Part shown: positions 1-14,104 of the stretch, piece after piece
How the letters are laid out: every line of letters begins with the position of its first letter
Numbering within the stretch: the stretch's first letter is position 1
Assembly: GCF_035084215.1 (NCBI RefSeq)
Contig: NC_090358.1
Location: 3,596,001 to 3,660,000, forward strand
Direction: 5' to 3'
Length of the DNA stretch: 64,000 nt
Source of the DNA: Heptranchias perlo
Taxonomy: Eukaryota
Translations under genes and position numbers: made by a program
Notes under the pieces: model-generated
Seen by the model: the letters and a program-made list of their open reading frames with translations, nothing else
Database searches by the model: none
Told to the model about the DNA's origin: nothing

Positions 1-1314
1 GTGTGAAGAAGTGCTTCCTGACATCACCCCTGAACGGCCTGGCTCTAATTTTAAGGTTATGCCCCCTGGTTCTGCACTCTCTCCCACCAGATGAAATAGT
101 TTCTCTCTATCTACCCTATCAACTATATAGTGTCTTTTACTTAAAGCATCTCAGGGCACTTTACAAGGAGGTCGAAGGACACCAAGCAGGAAGTGGGAGA
201 AAAGTTAGGGGAGGTGGCCAAAGGTGAGGTTGAAGAGATAGGTTTTGAGGAGGTTTATGGAGGTGGAGAGAGAGGTAACAAGGCAGGGAGATTTAGAAAG
301 AGAAGACAGAGTGGCTAAAGGATGTGTCGTTGACCGTAAAGTAGAAGGCATCAGGGGTGTACCAGGGAGGGAGCTTGAAGTGTTGAGACTCCTGTATGCT
401 GTGGGAGGGAGTGGTCAGCTGCAGGTTTGCATCCATAATTCCACCACACAGCTGAACCATTGTGAGGTATCTGGCAAGCAGCATACCTCAACAATTTGTA
501 ACTCTCTATCCATGTCTTAAATGCTTCTTCTGTGCATTTTTTTTCTAGCATCTGTTTTACAGTCCTGGACAGGGAAACAAGGTAAAACTTGTCATCTGAT
601 AGGTAATCCTGTTACCTCTTGCCTGCAACCTCTCCCTTTATAGTGTTGATCCCCACCACAATTAATTCTCATCATATATATATATATTAGTCAGTGCTCC
701 TCTGAATACTTTTCTTTTGTCCTGCCTAAGCTCCAAATATATCTACCTCCATACTATTCCTCTTCTCTGCATCCTCGCTGTGTTGAAATTAAGACTCATT
801 GCACCATCTTCTACTCTCACTTGAGGTCGTCATAACTATAGAACTCCTTACCTCCCTAAGTCTTCCCTCTCTCCTACAATTTAGAGGTTATTAAATCCCA
901 ATCTTCTACTCACACGATCACTCATTCCTCATTTACTTCAGTCTCTGTTTTACTCTTTCCAACTTGGTGGTGTTTTGCGCTGTGAACCTTAGCCCTTCAC
1001 CTGGGTTTTTCCAATTTAAAAAAAAGATTGTAGCGCCTCTGCTGGTGGGAGGGTATCATTACAGCATGATACGTTTACATAGGCAGTTTCCATTGTAAAA
1101 CATAGGAATTTATCATGGCAAAATTGACAGGAGGTTTGTGCAGACATTAGAATATTTTAATATAATACATATGCTAGTAGCAGTTCCAAAAATAGTGATT
1201 TGGTTACTGAAGCCCAAAGAGGTTCTCGGTAATTATACCCCCAATTTCTGTTTTTCCATGTAGCCAGCTGAGTGACTTTTGTTGATATAGTTGTTTACGG
1301 ACCCATACAAGACC

Positions 1315-1710
1315 TAGACAAGATGGGATCGTTCTCTTTAGAGCAAAGAAGGTTAATGGGAGATTTAATAGAGGTGTTCAAAATATTATTTGATAGAGAA
1401 GATAGGGAGAAACTGTTCCACTGGCAGGAGGGTCAGTAACCAGAGGACACAGATTTAAGGTAATTGGCAAAAAATCTTTTACGGAGTGAGTTGTTATGAT
1501 CTGGAATGCGCTGCCTGAAAGGATGGTGGACGCAGATTCAATAGTAACTTTTAAAAGGGAATTGGATAAATACTTAAAAAGGAAAAATTTGCAGGGCTGT
1601 GGGCAAAGAGCAGGGGAGTGGGACTAATTGTATAGCTCTTTCAAAGAGCCGACACAGGCACAATGGGCTGAATGGCCTCCTTCTGTGCTGTATCATTCTA
1701 TGATTCTAAG
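1315..1710 (+). mobile_element. CR1 3' fragment; related tail copies at 2560-2710 (-), 19815-20025 (-) and 27190-27590 (-)
   Basis: RT C-terminal-like sequence ending GGGCTGAATGGCCTCCTTCTGTGCTG(TATCATTC/TATGATTC). Confidence 0.85.
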
Positions 1711-4700
1711 ATTTGTCATTGTAATAGTAACTAAATATGGAATGTATAATCAGTCTGCTATGGTCAGCCTTTTAGGCTAACAGAGTTTCTGGAAACTGTG
1801 TAGGATATAATTACTATGGTACTGAAGTGGCAGATTTGTGCAGAATGTACAAGGCCGGGAAACTTTTCTAAGTTGCTCCCGTTCCATTTTCATTATATCA
1901 CTGGAAAGATGACAGAAATTCTCTTTAGATGCCTTTAAACGGGGTTTCTGCTGCGCTTCCAGTGAAGCAAGGCCGGCGGAGTGGGAGCAGCTCCGAGGAA
2001 TTTCCCAGCATATGTGTTTTATTTTCTGGGCAGGGCCATGTTGGCTGTGAAGTCCTAAAGCTCGGATTTTGTTCCTCCCTTAAAGACCATCTGATCTAAC
2101 TGGGAGAACAAGTGTGTTAAAATAGCACTCGGCTTAATTTTAACAGAAACAAGCTACCAGAGGGAACTAAACCCTAATTCCCTTCAATCTGATCTTCCAT
2201 GTCACTGCAGACTTTCCCAGGATTACAATTCTCGTTACTATAGATGTCTGTGTTTCCAGAAGACAGATGGACAAAGAAGTAACAATGAGTCATTCATTCA
2301 ATCCATTGCGTGCGCTATATGTGACTGTCTCACTCGGGATAGTTTACTGCTCGTTCGTGCATCTGTAGTTAAAAGACAGACAAAATATCATCCAGTAAAT
2401 GTGCCCACATCACATGCTATGATGGCTGTTCTATATTTAAATTGTTCTCATGTATTAAGGCAACTCCATATTGTAATATTAAAAATATGTTTTTAGTTGA
2501 ATCAGACTTTTTATATATATATTTATATTTTTCAGAACTGAGTATCATATTAAGTAACATAGAAGCATAGAATCTTACAACACAGAAGGAGGCCATTCAG
2601 CCCATTGTGCCTGTGCTGGCTCTTTGGAAGAGCTGACCAATTAGTCTCATTCCCCTGCTCTTTTCCCCATATCCAGGCAATTTTCTCCCCTTCAAGTACT
2701 TATCCAGTAGTATCCTTTACACTGGCTTGTTGTGTTTCAGTAGCTCTGCTGGTGATTGACTGCCCAACCAGTTGGTTAGTACAATAACACCGGGAGGTCC
2801 AACGTGTTGGCTCAGGACCTCAGACTGGGACAGCGTTCTGTCCGATTGGCTCGAATTTAGCACCGACCACAAGGAAGTTGTTAGCATCACTCAGAAGGGC
2901 AACTGGACTTTCCTTCCATTACTGCCCAAATTTTCCAGTGATATTGGAGTAGCCAGATTTGGAAATGGGGTGAAATCCACCTCCCCCCTCCTCCCAGAAA
3001 TGTGTCTGTTTAGCAACAGGCGGCCATTTCATCTTAATATTGGTTTGGGAATATTAGGCCTACATGTGAGTTTCTGTAGCAACTGAGTAAGTGATCCCCA
3101 TTGTAAATAGGTACCCAGGGTTGCTAGGCGATGGTAAACAATCAGAAGGTCATGGAAAGGACACAGCAATATAAAGGTAGTTCTTAACCATTTTTTTACA
3201 ACTTTTTTCTTTTCCCAAATATGTTTCCCTACATTACAACAGTGACATTTCAAAAGTACTTCATTGGCTGTAAAGCGCTTTGGGACGTCCTTAGGTCATG
3301 AAAGGCGCTATATAAATGCAAGTCTTTCTTTTTTTTTCTATTGGCACTTAGGTTCCCACGATACCTTATTATTTTTTTTCTACCCAGCACCACTCTGGCA
3401 CCAATGGGCTTCCCAATGGGAATCCCTCCAACTCACATGTCTAGAATAAAAGGAGGATCTACAGAGGAGCGCCAGGCATCTCGGGCTGCACAAGAGATGC
3501 TAGGTGCCGATCCATCGGTACCTGAACACCCGTATTCACAGACAGAGAGGAAATGGCCTCACTTTGGCAGATAGTAGTGCTGGTGAAGGCTCTTACAACA
3601 ACAACTTGCATTTATATAACACCGTTAACAAAGTAAAATGTCCCAAAATATTACGATATGCTAGCAGACTCCCAATATTGTTACTAAGATATGTGACTAA
3701 CCGTAATGTTGGATGCTTCCTCAGAGACACCCAAATCGTAGGATGTAATGCTTTCAGCGTCACTGCATGAAAGATGGTACATTATGGTGATCAACATCTC
3801 CTGTCCGGTCTGGCCTATTCGTGACTCCAGTCCCACACCAGCGTGATTGACTCTTAAATGCCCTCTGAAGTGGCCGAGCAAGCCCCCCAGTTGTATCAAA
3901 TCACCTTCTCAGGGCAACTATTGATGGGCAATAAATGCCGGCCTTGCCAGCGACACCCACATCCCGAGAATGATTTTTAAAAAAAACTCTGCACTCTGAC
4001 CTGATTTGATACTTGCTAAAATGTTCCAAATTTCCCCTCCCCTCCCCACGATTAACACCCTCAGCTTTCAGGACCAGAAGAATACGCTGTAAAAAAAAAA
4101 GATCCGCTCTATATTAACAGCTGTGTGGAGTGAGTTATGTTGTGACACAGTCAAATGGTTCAGATGGTGTACGCAAAGGACCTGAGCTTTGCTGTCGAAT
4201 GTTTATGAGGTAATTTGAAGCCACCTGATTATGTTAGAAACTTGTAATTTTCCAACACAGCTGTTATTTTATATACTACACTGTGGCTGCACTAACTTAT
4301 TTTAATCTTTTAGTATGTGCGTGTTTCCTCTCTCTCTCTCTCTCTCTCGCGGCACACACACACTCGAAGATGGTGCATGTGCAAAGAGCTAAAGAAAGGT
4401 CAAAAGGCCATTCAGTACGTCATATTATTCATATGTGAAGTTAGACAGTGTGCTGGTAGTGCATTTGATTAAGCCCAATCCTATTCTTGCCTAGAGTCCA
4501 CACTCAAACACCTTCCAGCAGAAAGATAATGGTCAGGAGCGGGAGTGCTTGTCCATTTTTGCCCCTCTCTATCCCAGGACTTCTGAGGCAGCTCATCAGA
4601 GAACAACAAGAACAACTTGCATTTACATAGCGCCTTTAACGTAGTGAAGACGTCCCACAGCGCTTCACAGGAGCGATTATCAGACAAAATTTGATACTGA

Positions 4701-7317
4701 GCCACATAAGGAGACATTAGGACAGGTGACCAAAAGCTTGGTCAAAGAGGTAGGTTTTAAGGAGCGACTTAAAGAAGGAGAGAGAGGTAGAGAGGGAATT
4801 CCAGAGCTTAGGGCCTAGACAGCTGAAGGCACGGCCACCAATGATGGAGTGAAGGAAATAGGGGATGCACAAGAGGCCAGAATTGGAGGAGTGCAGAGAT
4901 CTCGGAGGGTTGTAGGGCTGGAATGATAAATCATATATGTTAGAAAGCTTCGACAAAATTACAGGTAGAAAAAAGTATTATTATTCGCCAATTATACTGC
5001 ACAAAATGCACCTACCCAATTTCAATTTTCTACCTACTGACATTCAATCAAAAATTATTCTCATAGATACAGCCGGCATTACAGTTCCTCACCTACCCTA
5101 CTATATAACTTAAAAATAAAATTTATCAGATAATTCTCGAAAACGTTGCGCATGTATCTGTAAATTGGCTCTAAAGAGCACATCCTGTGAGGACTCTGCA
5201 TATACTGGGCTCCGAGTAATCTCTCTCCATGTCTCTCAATCATCAGCAGGCCAATCCCTAACACCTCACGCTCAGACGCCTGATGTAACAGTGCCTCCAT
5301 GAATATAGACAAAGTACTCACACGTGGGAATCCATCTCCAATGGAAAGAATTATACTTACGGTGGTCAGGCTAATGATGTATGCAGAAAGGGACATATAA
5401 CTTTCTCCATATAACCTGATACGTGTTGGCATCCATCTCAAATAAATGAACCCCTCACTTTATTTATTTATTTCAGCAGCATTGTCGCCTGGGAACTGGA
5501 AGGGAAGAGAAACAAACAGAGGCAAGTTGTGCAAAAATAGAGGGAGAAGGAGAGGGAGACCCTTTAGGGAGTCAGTTTAGGGGGTCAGGGAAAGAGAGAG
5601 AGAAGAAAGAGACCCCGCTGAGACCCTGTGGGGGGAAATATGGGAGTTAAGTGAGGGATAGAAGTGATAGTCTACTGTAGGTGGTGCGTCTCATGGTCTC
5701 AGGACGTCCCAAAGCACTTTGCAGCCAAAGATGTAATTTTGAAGTGTAGTCGCTGTTGTTGTAGAGAGCCCGTTGAGCCAGAGGGGGAATGGTAGGGACC
5801 ATGTCAAGAGGGAGGTGTAGGGAAAAGAAAGGGAGAGTGACTGTTTTTGGGGGGGACGGATGACTGGCTCCACAGGGAACAGCATCTATTAGTATCAGAA
5901 AATTGAAATATATGCAAATTAATGACAACATTGATTTAAGCTTTATATGTGGCACGCGAGATTCCGTGGTATCTACGTGGCCGACAAAGACACAAAGCTG
6001 TAACATCCCTGCAGTAAGGTGTCCTTTCCTCGGGCTGGGATAAGGTATTTTTCATGGCACAATAGAGTGAGCTTTACTCTGAATCTAACCTGGCTAAAAT
6101 ACTCTGTTTCCCCTCAGTACTGCACACATCCCTTACTAAAAATTCACCTTTTTTTTTTCATCCAATTTTCCCTGTTCCTCTACCCTCTCATACTGGGTCA
6201 CAGTTTAACAAATGTTCACACATGAAGTGCTAGGCTTGAACAAGGTAACAAGAGGCACCCCTGGAATCACAGCCCTGCAGGAAGCCAACGCCTTAAGAAG
6301 TAGAAGTGATAAATTTTGGAGAGTGGTTATTATAGAAAATAACAGATGTTCAACAGGCAGTAATTGAATCTCAGGAGTCTAATATCTTTTGTAAATAATG
6401 GAATTATTGCCATCGGTTATGATGTTATCAGACCCTCTTGGCCTTCTGACCTCCTCCCATTCTTCTATATATATAATGTCCAACACAGATCCATAATCAT
6501 ACATCTCATTTACCAGTTCACACTGGAATAACACAATCTCACAACTGTAGCAGAGGCTACTAACCCTAATCTTCATTCAGGCTTCTTAACCGTAAACCTG
6601 GGCACAGATCTAGCGGACTACAGATTAACTAGAGTTTAGAAGAAACATTTCGCCCACAGAAAGTGAATATGTGGAACGGACTTGCATCAAATACAGTTCA
6701 GGCTGAGTTGGTCAATTCCTTAAAAATAATGCTGGATAAGTATCTGGTTGGAAATGGGATGGATATAGTATTACATGGGATTGGTATGGTATTAACTGTG
6801 ACCAGATTACTACCTTGTAATTTATTACTAAATGTAAACCATCCGAACCCTGTGATTAAATTATGAGGTGGAATCACTCCCAAACGTTCAATCCAACTCT
6901 TGAGTGTGTGTTCAGGGTGACGTAGACCTCGGTCAGGAAATATGCAGTTCTACAGATGGCTTATATCAGGCAGAGCTCTACACTTTTATAGCAGTCAGCT
7001 GTCAAGGTGGGAATGGGGTCAGAGCCAACAGCATTTTACTTAACAGGCCTCTTAGTTTTGATGGAAGGTAGCGCTCCTGTAGAATGCACACAGAGGGCAA
7101 TTCCTTTCCCCGCTCCCTAAAAAGGTTCAGGTGCCTCCTTTAACACGAAAGATATTTGTGATTTGCCCTGGTGGAATTGGGTCAGGCAATTGGTCTGTGC
7201 CAAAGTAGATGCCACTTGAAACGATTGATAATTCCCAGATATCCATTATTCTATAGGGTAAATTCACCGATCCTGCAAACACAGTGGGGAAGTTACATTC
7301 AAATGGATAGTGTATCA

Positions 7318-7683
7318 TAGGAACATAGGTACAGGAGGAGGCCATTCAGCCCCTCGAGCCTGTTCTGTCATTCAGTTAGATCATGACTGATCTGTATCTC
7401 AACTCCATTTACCTGCCTTGGTTCCGTGTTCCTTAATAGCCTTGCCTAACAAAAATATAGCAATCTCAGTTTTGATATTTTCAACAGCTTTTAGGAGGAG
7501 AGAGTTCCATATTTCCACTACCCTTTGTGTGAAGAAGTGCTTCCTGACATCACCCCTGAACGGCCTACCTCTTATTTTAAGGTTATGCCCCCTTGTTCTG
7601 GACTCCCCCCACCAGAGGAAATAATTTCTCTCTATCTAACCAATCAAATCCTTTAATCATCCTAAACACCTCAATTAGATCAG
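7318..7683 (-). mobile_element. CR1 3' fragment; related copies at 1-120, 45418-45720 and 49835-50410 (all -) and 35352-35875 (+)
   Basis: Shared GTGAAGAAGTGCTTCCTGACATCACCCCTGAACGGCC...TTAAGGTTATGCCCC segment. ORFs 35353..35703 and 50050..50298 translate to the CR1 RT C-terminus (RGDLIEVF). Confidence 0.88.
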
Positions 7684-8214
7684 AGACCTTGGTACAGCAT
7701 TGCAGAGATGATTCTCTGACTCACGCTCCCTTCCAGCATTGTTTCCGGCTGGGAGAGTGAGATCAGTGAATTTATCCTTGCATATTAATTAGATTACTGC
7801 TTGTAATCACCCCCAAATTATTGCCATACTTCATGTTGTTTTTGTATCTTTGCTCTCCTCCCTTGGAGAACAGTGCGAAGGATTCACAGGCTGATTCACT
7901 ATCAGGCCACAATGTGACTTCCATCTTTATGCCAGCCCATAGGGTGCTTAGTCCTATACGGTGAGAATGTTATATGGGCTCCCACAACCCATACCATGTT
8001 GGGGGGCGGGGGGCACCCACTCCCACCAGCAACGAGTATCCTGCTGGATGTCAACCCAGAATTCGCCGGGACTGCCTGGAGCGAGGGTTCGAATGCTGCA
8101 CCTCCTGACTCAGAGTTGGGAATGTTACCACAAAGCCAAAGGCTCACTCGCTGCCATACTTCATGATGTTATTGGATCCTCTTGACTTTCTAACTCTCTC
8201 CCATTCTTCTAGAC

Positions 8215-8805
8215 CATAGGAAGACCATAGGAACATAGGAACAGGAGTAGACCATTCAGCTTCTCGTGCCTGCTCCGCCATTTGATAAGACCATGGCTGA
8301 CCTGTGATCTAACTCCATATCCCTTTGGCCCATATCCCTTAATACCTTTGGTTGCCCAAAAGCTATCTATCTCACATTTAAATTTAGCAATTGAGCTAGT
8401 ATCAATTGCCGTTTGCGGAAGAGAGTTCCAAACTTTTACCACCCTTTGTGTGTAGAAATGTTTTCTCATCTCACTCCTGAAAGGTCTGGCTCTAATTTTT
8501 AGACTGTACCCCCTACTCCTAGAATCCCCAACCAGCGGAAATAGTTTCTCTCTATCCACCCTATCCGTTCCCCTTAATATCTTATAAACTTCGATCAGAT
8601 CACCCCTTAACCTTCTAAACTCTGGAGAATACAACCCCAATTTGTGTAATCTCGCCTCGTAACTTAACCCTTGAAGCCCGGGTATCATTCTAGTAAACCT
8701 ACGCTGCACTCCCTCCAAGGCCAATATGTCCTTCCGAAGGTGCGGTGCCCAGAACTGCTCACAGTACTCCAGGTGCGGTCTAACCAGGGTTTTGTATAAC
8801 TTTAA
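8215..8805 (-). mobile_element. CR1 LINE 3' fragment (RT C-terminus + 3' UTR)
   Basis: ORF 8209..8853: LYKTLVRPHLEYCEQFWAP...RRLRGDLIEVYKI...VWNSLP; (CATAGGAA)n tail. Confidence 0.92.
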
Positions 8806-9147
8806 TGTATGGCCAACATATACTGACAGAGACGCATAATAATTTAAATACACTTACCAATTCTCACAAACCCATTCCTGTGGCAGAGGCTATTATATTT
8901 AATCGTCCTTCAGGCTTCTTACAATAACATATCTGTTATTCTGTATATCAATCATTTCAAACTCTCAGTTACTTTATATTGGTTTATAAGCAGTAAGAAC
9001 ATAAGTAAGTATGATTTCTATAAAAATTATGAAAACTCTGAGAGTGATTCTAGGCAGTATTAGAATCACAGTGTTCCACTGGTTTAAATATCAGGACATT
9101 AATGCAGTTCCACTGCAACTGAATTGCCTGAGGCCCTGTCTTTTTTT

Positions 9148-9540
9148 TAACAACAACTTGCATTTATAGAGCACCTTTAAAGTAGTAAAACGTCCCAAGG
9201 CGCCTCGCAGGAGTGATTATCAGACAAAATTTGACACTGAGCCACATAATGAGATATTAGGACAGGTGACCAAAAACTTGATCAAAGAGATAGGTTTTAA
9301 GGAGCGTCTTAAAAGGGGAGAGAGAGATAGAGAGGCGGAGAGGTTTAGGGAGGGAATTCCAGAGCTTAGGGTCCAGGCAGCTAAAGGCATGGCCGCCAAT
9401 GTTGGGGGCAAAGGAAATTGGGGATGCATAAGAGGCCAGAATTGGAGGAGCGCAAAGATCTCAGAGGGATGTAGGACTGGAGGAGGTCACAGAGATAGGG
9501 AGGGGCGAGGCAATGTAGAGATTTGAACATGAGGATGAGA
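9148..9540 (-). mobile_element. L2-clade LINE 3' fragment; related copies at ~140-490, 4610-4920, 24875-25105, 34965-35340, 55050-55690 and 61880-61990 (-), and ~11395-11900 (+)
   Basis: Shared (AAC)n-TTGCATTTATATAGCGCCTTT end. ORF 4717..4956 reads PPRSLHSS...GGRAFSCLGPKLWNSL...FKSLLKTYLF, typical of the L2 RT C-terminus. Confidence 0.8.
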
Positions 9541-9898
9541 GGGGGGGGGGGAAAAGAGAGAGGAGTTTCTTATGCTCTTGAAAGAGAGAAAAGGTGATCA
9601 CCAGGCAGGTTAATGAAGGAGAGACTCTCTTGCTGCCTATGGCTTATCCCATAAGTAACACAAATGATTTTTGAAACACTTTTTTCTATTTTTATTCCTT
9701 CTCATTTTCTAAAGTCTGCCCCTGCCATCCCCATCCTAGACGAAAAGTAGAGATAAATTCCCAGGTAGGTGTTTTCATTCTCACCTGTCAGTTTATTGTA
9801 TTACAGGTTCATCTCTTCTCATTCTTATACTGGCTATGGAATTCTTTATGTTTTTCCACTTTTAGTTATTCCTTCATCTCCTTTCAGGTCTCCCATGT

Positions 9899-10355
9899 AA
9901 AAGAAAGAAAGACTTGCATTTCTATAGTGCCTTGATGTCTCAAAGCGCTTTACAGCCAATGAAGTACTTTTGAAGTGTGGCCACTGTTGTAATGTGGAAA
10001 CGCAGCAGCCAATTTGTGCACAGCAAGGTCCCACAAACAGCAATGTGATAATGACCAGATAATCTGTTTTAGTGAGATTAGTTGAGGGATAAATATTAGC
10101 CAAGACACCGGGGAGAACTCCCCTGCTCTTCTTCAAAATGGTGCCATGTGATCTTTTATGTCCATCTGAGAGGGTAGACAAGGCCTCGGTTTAACAACTC
10201 ATCTGAAAGATGGCACTTCCAACATTGCAGCACTCCCTCAGTTTTGGTACTGGGAGTGTCAGCCTTGGTTTTGTGCTGAAGTCTCTGGAGTGAGACTGTG
10301 AACCCATGACCTTCTGACTCAGAGGCGAGTATGCTACCCACTGAGCCACGGCTGA
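9899..10355 (-). mobile_element. Full-length tRNA-head Deu-domain SINE (SacSINE1/AmnSINE1-like)
   Basis: On the minus strand: tRNA-like head (GTGGCTCAGTGG...GGGTTCA), central TGAGGGAGTGCTGCA...TTAAACCGAGGCC...AAAAGATC Deu-like domain, and a 3' tail shared with the L2 fragments. Family name is from recall. Confidence 0.8.
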
Positions 10356-13300
10356 AGACTCAATTCAATGTACAATTCAAAGGTAGAGAAGATAGACGGT
10401 CCTTTTGCAAATGCTGCACTCGAGTTGGCCCCATGTGCAAGATTGCTGCTTTGACTCCACTGAGATTGTGGTACAGGTGACTGAGGAGCTCTGTATTGGA
10501 ATAGAGATGGGAGGAGATGGTTAAAGGAAAAGTCCTTACTTGTCTGTTTCCAAAATGGCTCCCATTAAAGATGTATTGTTAAATTTGTTTTTGTGAAGTG
10601 GTACAATTAATTAAGTGAAACAATGGACTTACCCAGTAAACTTCTTAAATCAAGGAGCTAAGAAGAGAGGTTAAGGACATTGACTCTGTTCTCACTAGAA
10701 GTAGAAGAATAAAGAGTGGGGATATGCACCAAATATTTTTACAATATGAAGCAAATTAGTGGGTTGAATTGGAAAAAATCTTTGTGCTGGACCAGAAGAG
10801 AAATAGGGGATTTAGTTACTCACTAAGAAGATCATAAGTTTAAAGGCAATATATTGAATCATAGAATCATAGAGTATTACAGAACAGGAACAGACCATTG
10901 GGGTCATTAAGTTTTACTCCAGTTGACCTACCTAGTCTTTTATTATTATCATTCTTCGGGATGCGGGCGTGACTGGCGAGGCCAGCATTTATTGCCCTTG
11001 AGATCTTAAACCACTGCAGTCCGTGTGGTGAAGGTACTCCCACAATGATGTTAGGTAGGGAGTTCCGGGAGTTTGACCCAACGACAATGAGGAAACGGCC
11101 GTATATGTCCAAATAAGGATATGTGTATAATTCCACCCTCCTACTCAATCACATATGTTTTAATAGTCCTTTTTTCTTCAAGTAAATATCTAACTCCCTT
11201 TCAAAGTACTTATGGACCCTGTTTCAACAAATAGTTTGTGGCAGTAACTTCCACCTTCTAACAATCCTTTGTGTAAATACATTTTTGTAACCTACCCTTT
11301 AATTTTTTTTGTGGTACTTATCTTAAAATTGATGTAAAGAACGTAGGCTCTTTCTCGACCCTAGGCTGAGCTTTCTCCTTACATCTGATCTGTTATCAAG
11401 GCCACTTTCTTTCATGTCCGTAATATTACCCATCTCTACCCTACCTCTCCACATCTGTTGTGAAAACTGTACCCATTACTCTATCATCTTGAGGTAGGAC
11501 TTCTCCAACTCTCTGCTTATTGGCATCCCTGCTTGCATCCATCTACAAATCACCTGGAATACATGGACCCCATTCTCACTGGCTCTAGGGCCTACATCCC
11601 AATCACCCCATCTTTGCCAAGCTCCAGTGTCTCCCTATGTCCCAGAGAAATAACTTTAAGATTCTCATTCTTACCTTCAAATTCCTCTATGCTTCATCTC
11701 TCCCTATCTCTTTGATGTACTCCAGCTGCCTGTCCCTAAAACACTCTCTCTGCTCCTCCAACAATGGCCTACTTCTCCCTCTCCAGTCCCACTGCCCCAC
11801 CATTGGCGAGGACACTCCGGAATGCCCTCCTTTAGCTTTTCCATTATGTCACCACCACAGTTCTCTTCAAAATCCTGCTAAAGACTATTCTTGTCAACTC
11901 TACTTTCTTCTCCGGCTCTCCAGTCGCACAGCCTTCCCCATCTCCATCTCCTTGTTTCATGTTTACTTTATTTTCCTGTAATACGTTCTGAGACATAGGA
12001 ATATAGGGCCACAGGAACATAGGAATTGCTGGACGAAAAAAGACCAAGGTCCATCTAGTTCGCCTTCTACCATCCTGGTAGGCACATGATACAATGATAC
12101 TGGAGTTTTTGACTAATCATAGTAATCAATCTCGATCGATGAGTCTACAACAGACCCAGACATGAGGCAAGGAAAACCCCCAGTGGTGGAGAGCTTTGGG
12201 AACCAGAGATCCAAAGTCACCTATTCTTTCCACGTCTGCTAAACTTATCATATCTCATGTCTTAAATCTCTTTATTTGTGAGGCGCTGTGGGCATGTCAG
12301 TTTTTAAAAAAAGTTTTGGGACTTACTTTTTTTACAATGTCAGAAGTAGTTGAAACTTTCTCAAGCCCCTACAGTGAACATCTCACAATCCCTTTCTCCA
12401 AACCATACATTAGTCCACAAGAGGTACTTCAAAGTTGAAATTGAATTGTGATTAAACTGAAAATGATTCCCGTAGGTAGGAACACACTATCAATGTCGAT
12501 ATTTCAGCCCTCCTCTGTTCGAGGAGGATGTTCAGATAAACTCTTGGTTCATCAGCTGTTGTTGTTTTCCCGAACATTCCTTTTTGCTTCCTATTTCATT
12601 TATTCCTGCAGGGTGGCGTTAGCTGCGGCTCAACTCATTTTCAATCCCTTAGGATAGGAAAAATACTTGATTAATGGTAAACCTATATCCTAAAGGAGAA
12701 TTGGAACCTTATTATTGGAATTTTATATAATAATAGTCCACTGATGGAATAATCTACTCTTCTACAAAGAGAAACCTCATCTCCTAACCCGAGAGTCTTA
12801 AAGGAAATGCAAAATAATTTTAAACACATCTTCATGATGTTTACTTATTACAACTCAACGTTAACCAGTTTTAATCATCACTTTTATTACCCTAATATTA
12901 TTTTTTCTCGCGGTGTCTCTGTGCTCCACGATATTTATATATTTTTTCAGTTTGAAAGATCTCCTGTTACTCGTGCTTCAATGTTCCTTTAATTTTGCTG
13001 GAATGCCCGATGCAAACAAACACTGAGCTCCGGGATGCCTTAGGCTGTACACTGCAGCCTTTTCATGTCTCACCTTACCTCGTCCCACCGCAGCGAACAC
13101 TCAGAGGTTAAAATGCACAATTAGAAAAAAAGAAATCACCTCCACCCCATCAGTGTTCATTCATAAAAGGAATTCACATACAGAAGTAAAACCACTCTGA
13201 CTTTTTTTTCAAACAGGTGAAATGTATTTTATTTAGCTAAAAAGGGAATTTCCTCTATAAAACTTGCATTCTAGACAGGTTAGGTAATTTATGGCAACTG

Positions 13301-13729
13301 GGTATGATAATGGCTGTGATGTGGCGGGTGTGGGGATGGAGAGGGAGGTCCTGCTGGGATTCAGGACAATGCCCGAGGCGAGGATCTGTGCGGACATGTG
13401 TCACACGTGTGGCACTGTTAGACACTGCAGTGGGACTAATATCAGGCGGTTCCATCCTTAAACACATCAATCCCGTTTCATGCACTCACCTCCGGTACCA
13501 GCCGTGATGTACTTCAATATTTATTAACCAGCCTGCAATACTAGAGACTGTTAATACGAGCCAATCTACTGTACAATTCTATGTGAAAATAAATGCATTG
13601 GATGCATAAAAATCGTGTGTGTGTGTGTGTGTTGGGAGGGAGGTTGTGGTATTTGAGCGAGGTGGAGGGGAAATGAGTAAGATGCTTTATTCTTGCCTCC
13701 CTGACCAAAGGCACCTTCTGTTTCAGCAC

Positions 13730-13980
13730 CTTGGACAGCGGGCTGTGCGCACGCGCGAAAGAGCAAAGTGGCGACCCCGCCCCTCCAGGGCCAAGTCCTT
13801 TGATTGACGTGTCCAGGGACCATTCGATGCACGGAGGCGGCCGAGGGAACGGCCAATGGGAGACTGGAAGGGGCGGGTCGCCCGGGGTTTCGTTGATTCG
13901 ATGGCCCTCGTTGTCTTCAGAGCCGAAAACTGGGAGCCGGCGTGAGGTGGGTCTCGGACCCTGGGCACGTCCTGGAGTGC
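13730..13980 (+). promoter_or_regulatory. CpG-rich promoter region of the RXFP3-like gene
   Basis: High local CpG density, with GC boxes (CCCCGCCC ~13775, GGGCGG ~13871), TGACGT (~13806) and CCAAT (~13853) directly upstream of the ORF. Confidence 0.6.
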
Positions 13981-14104
13981 AGAAAGAGCAAATCACCTTC
14001 AATCTTGCAAAATCTGTTTTATGTCTACTGAGTTAAGAAAATATATATATATATTTATATTTACAGGTGGAGTGGGTGAGCTGGTGAACTTTCCCACCGG
14101 TGGG

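Noticed and set aside
5079-5441. 120-aa minus-strand ORF in non-repetitive sequence, considered as an endogenous viral fragment or exon
   Set aside because: No recognisable motif in the frames I translated and no convincing splice context. A BLASTX search would be needed; unsupported as it stands.
14021-14104. N-terminal extension MSTELRKYIYIFIF... of the GPCR ORF
   Set aside because: It runs through a (TA)n tract and a splice-acceptor-like site, so it is probably not translated.
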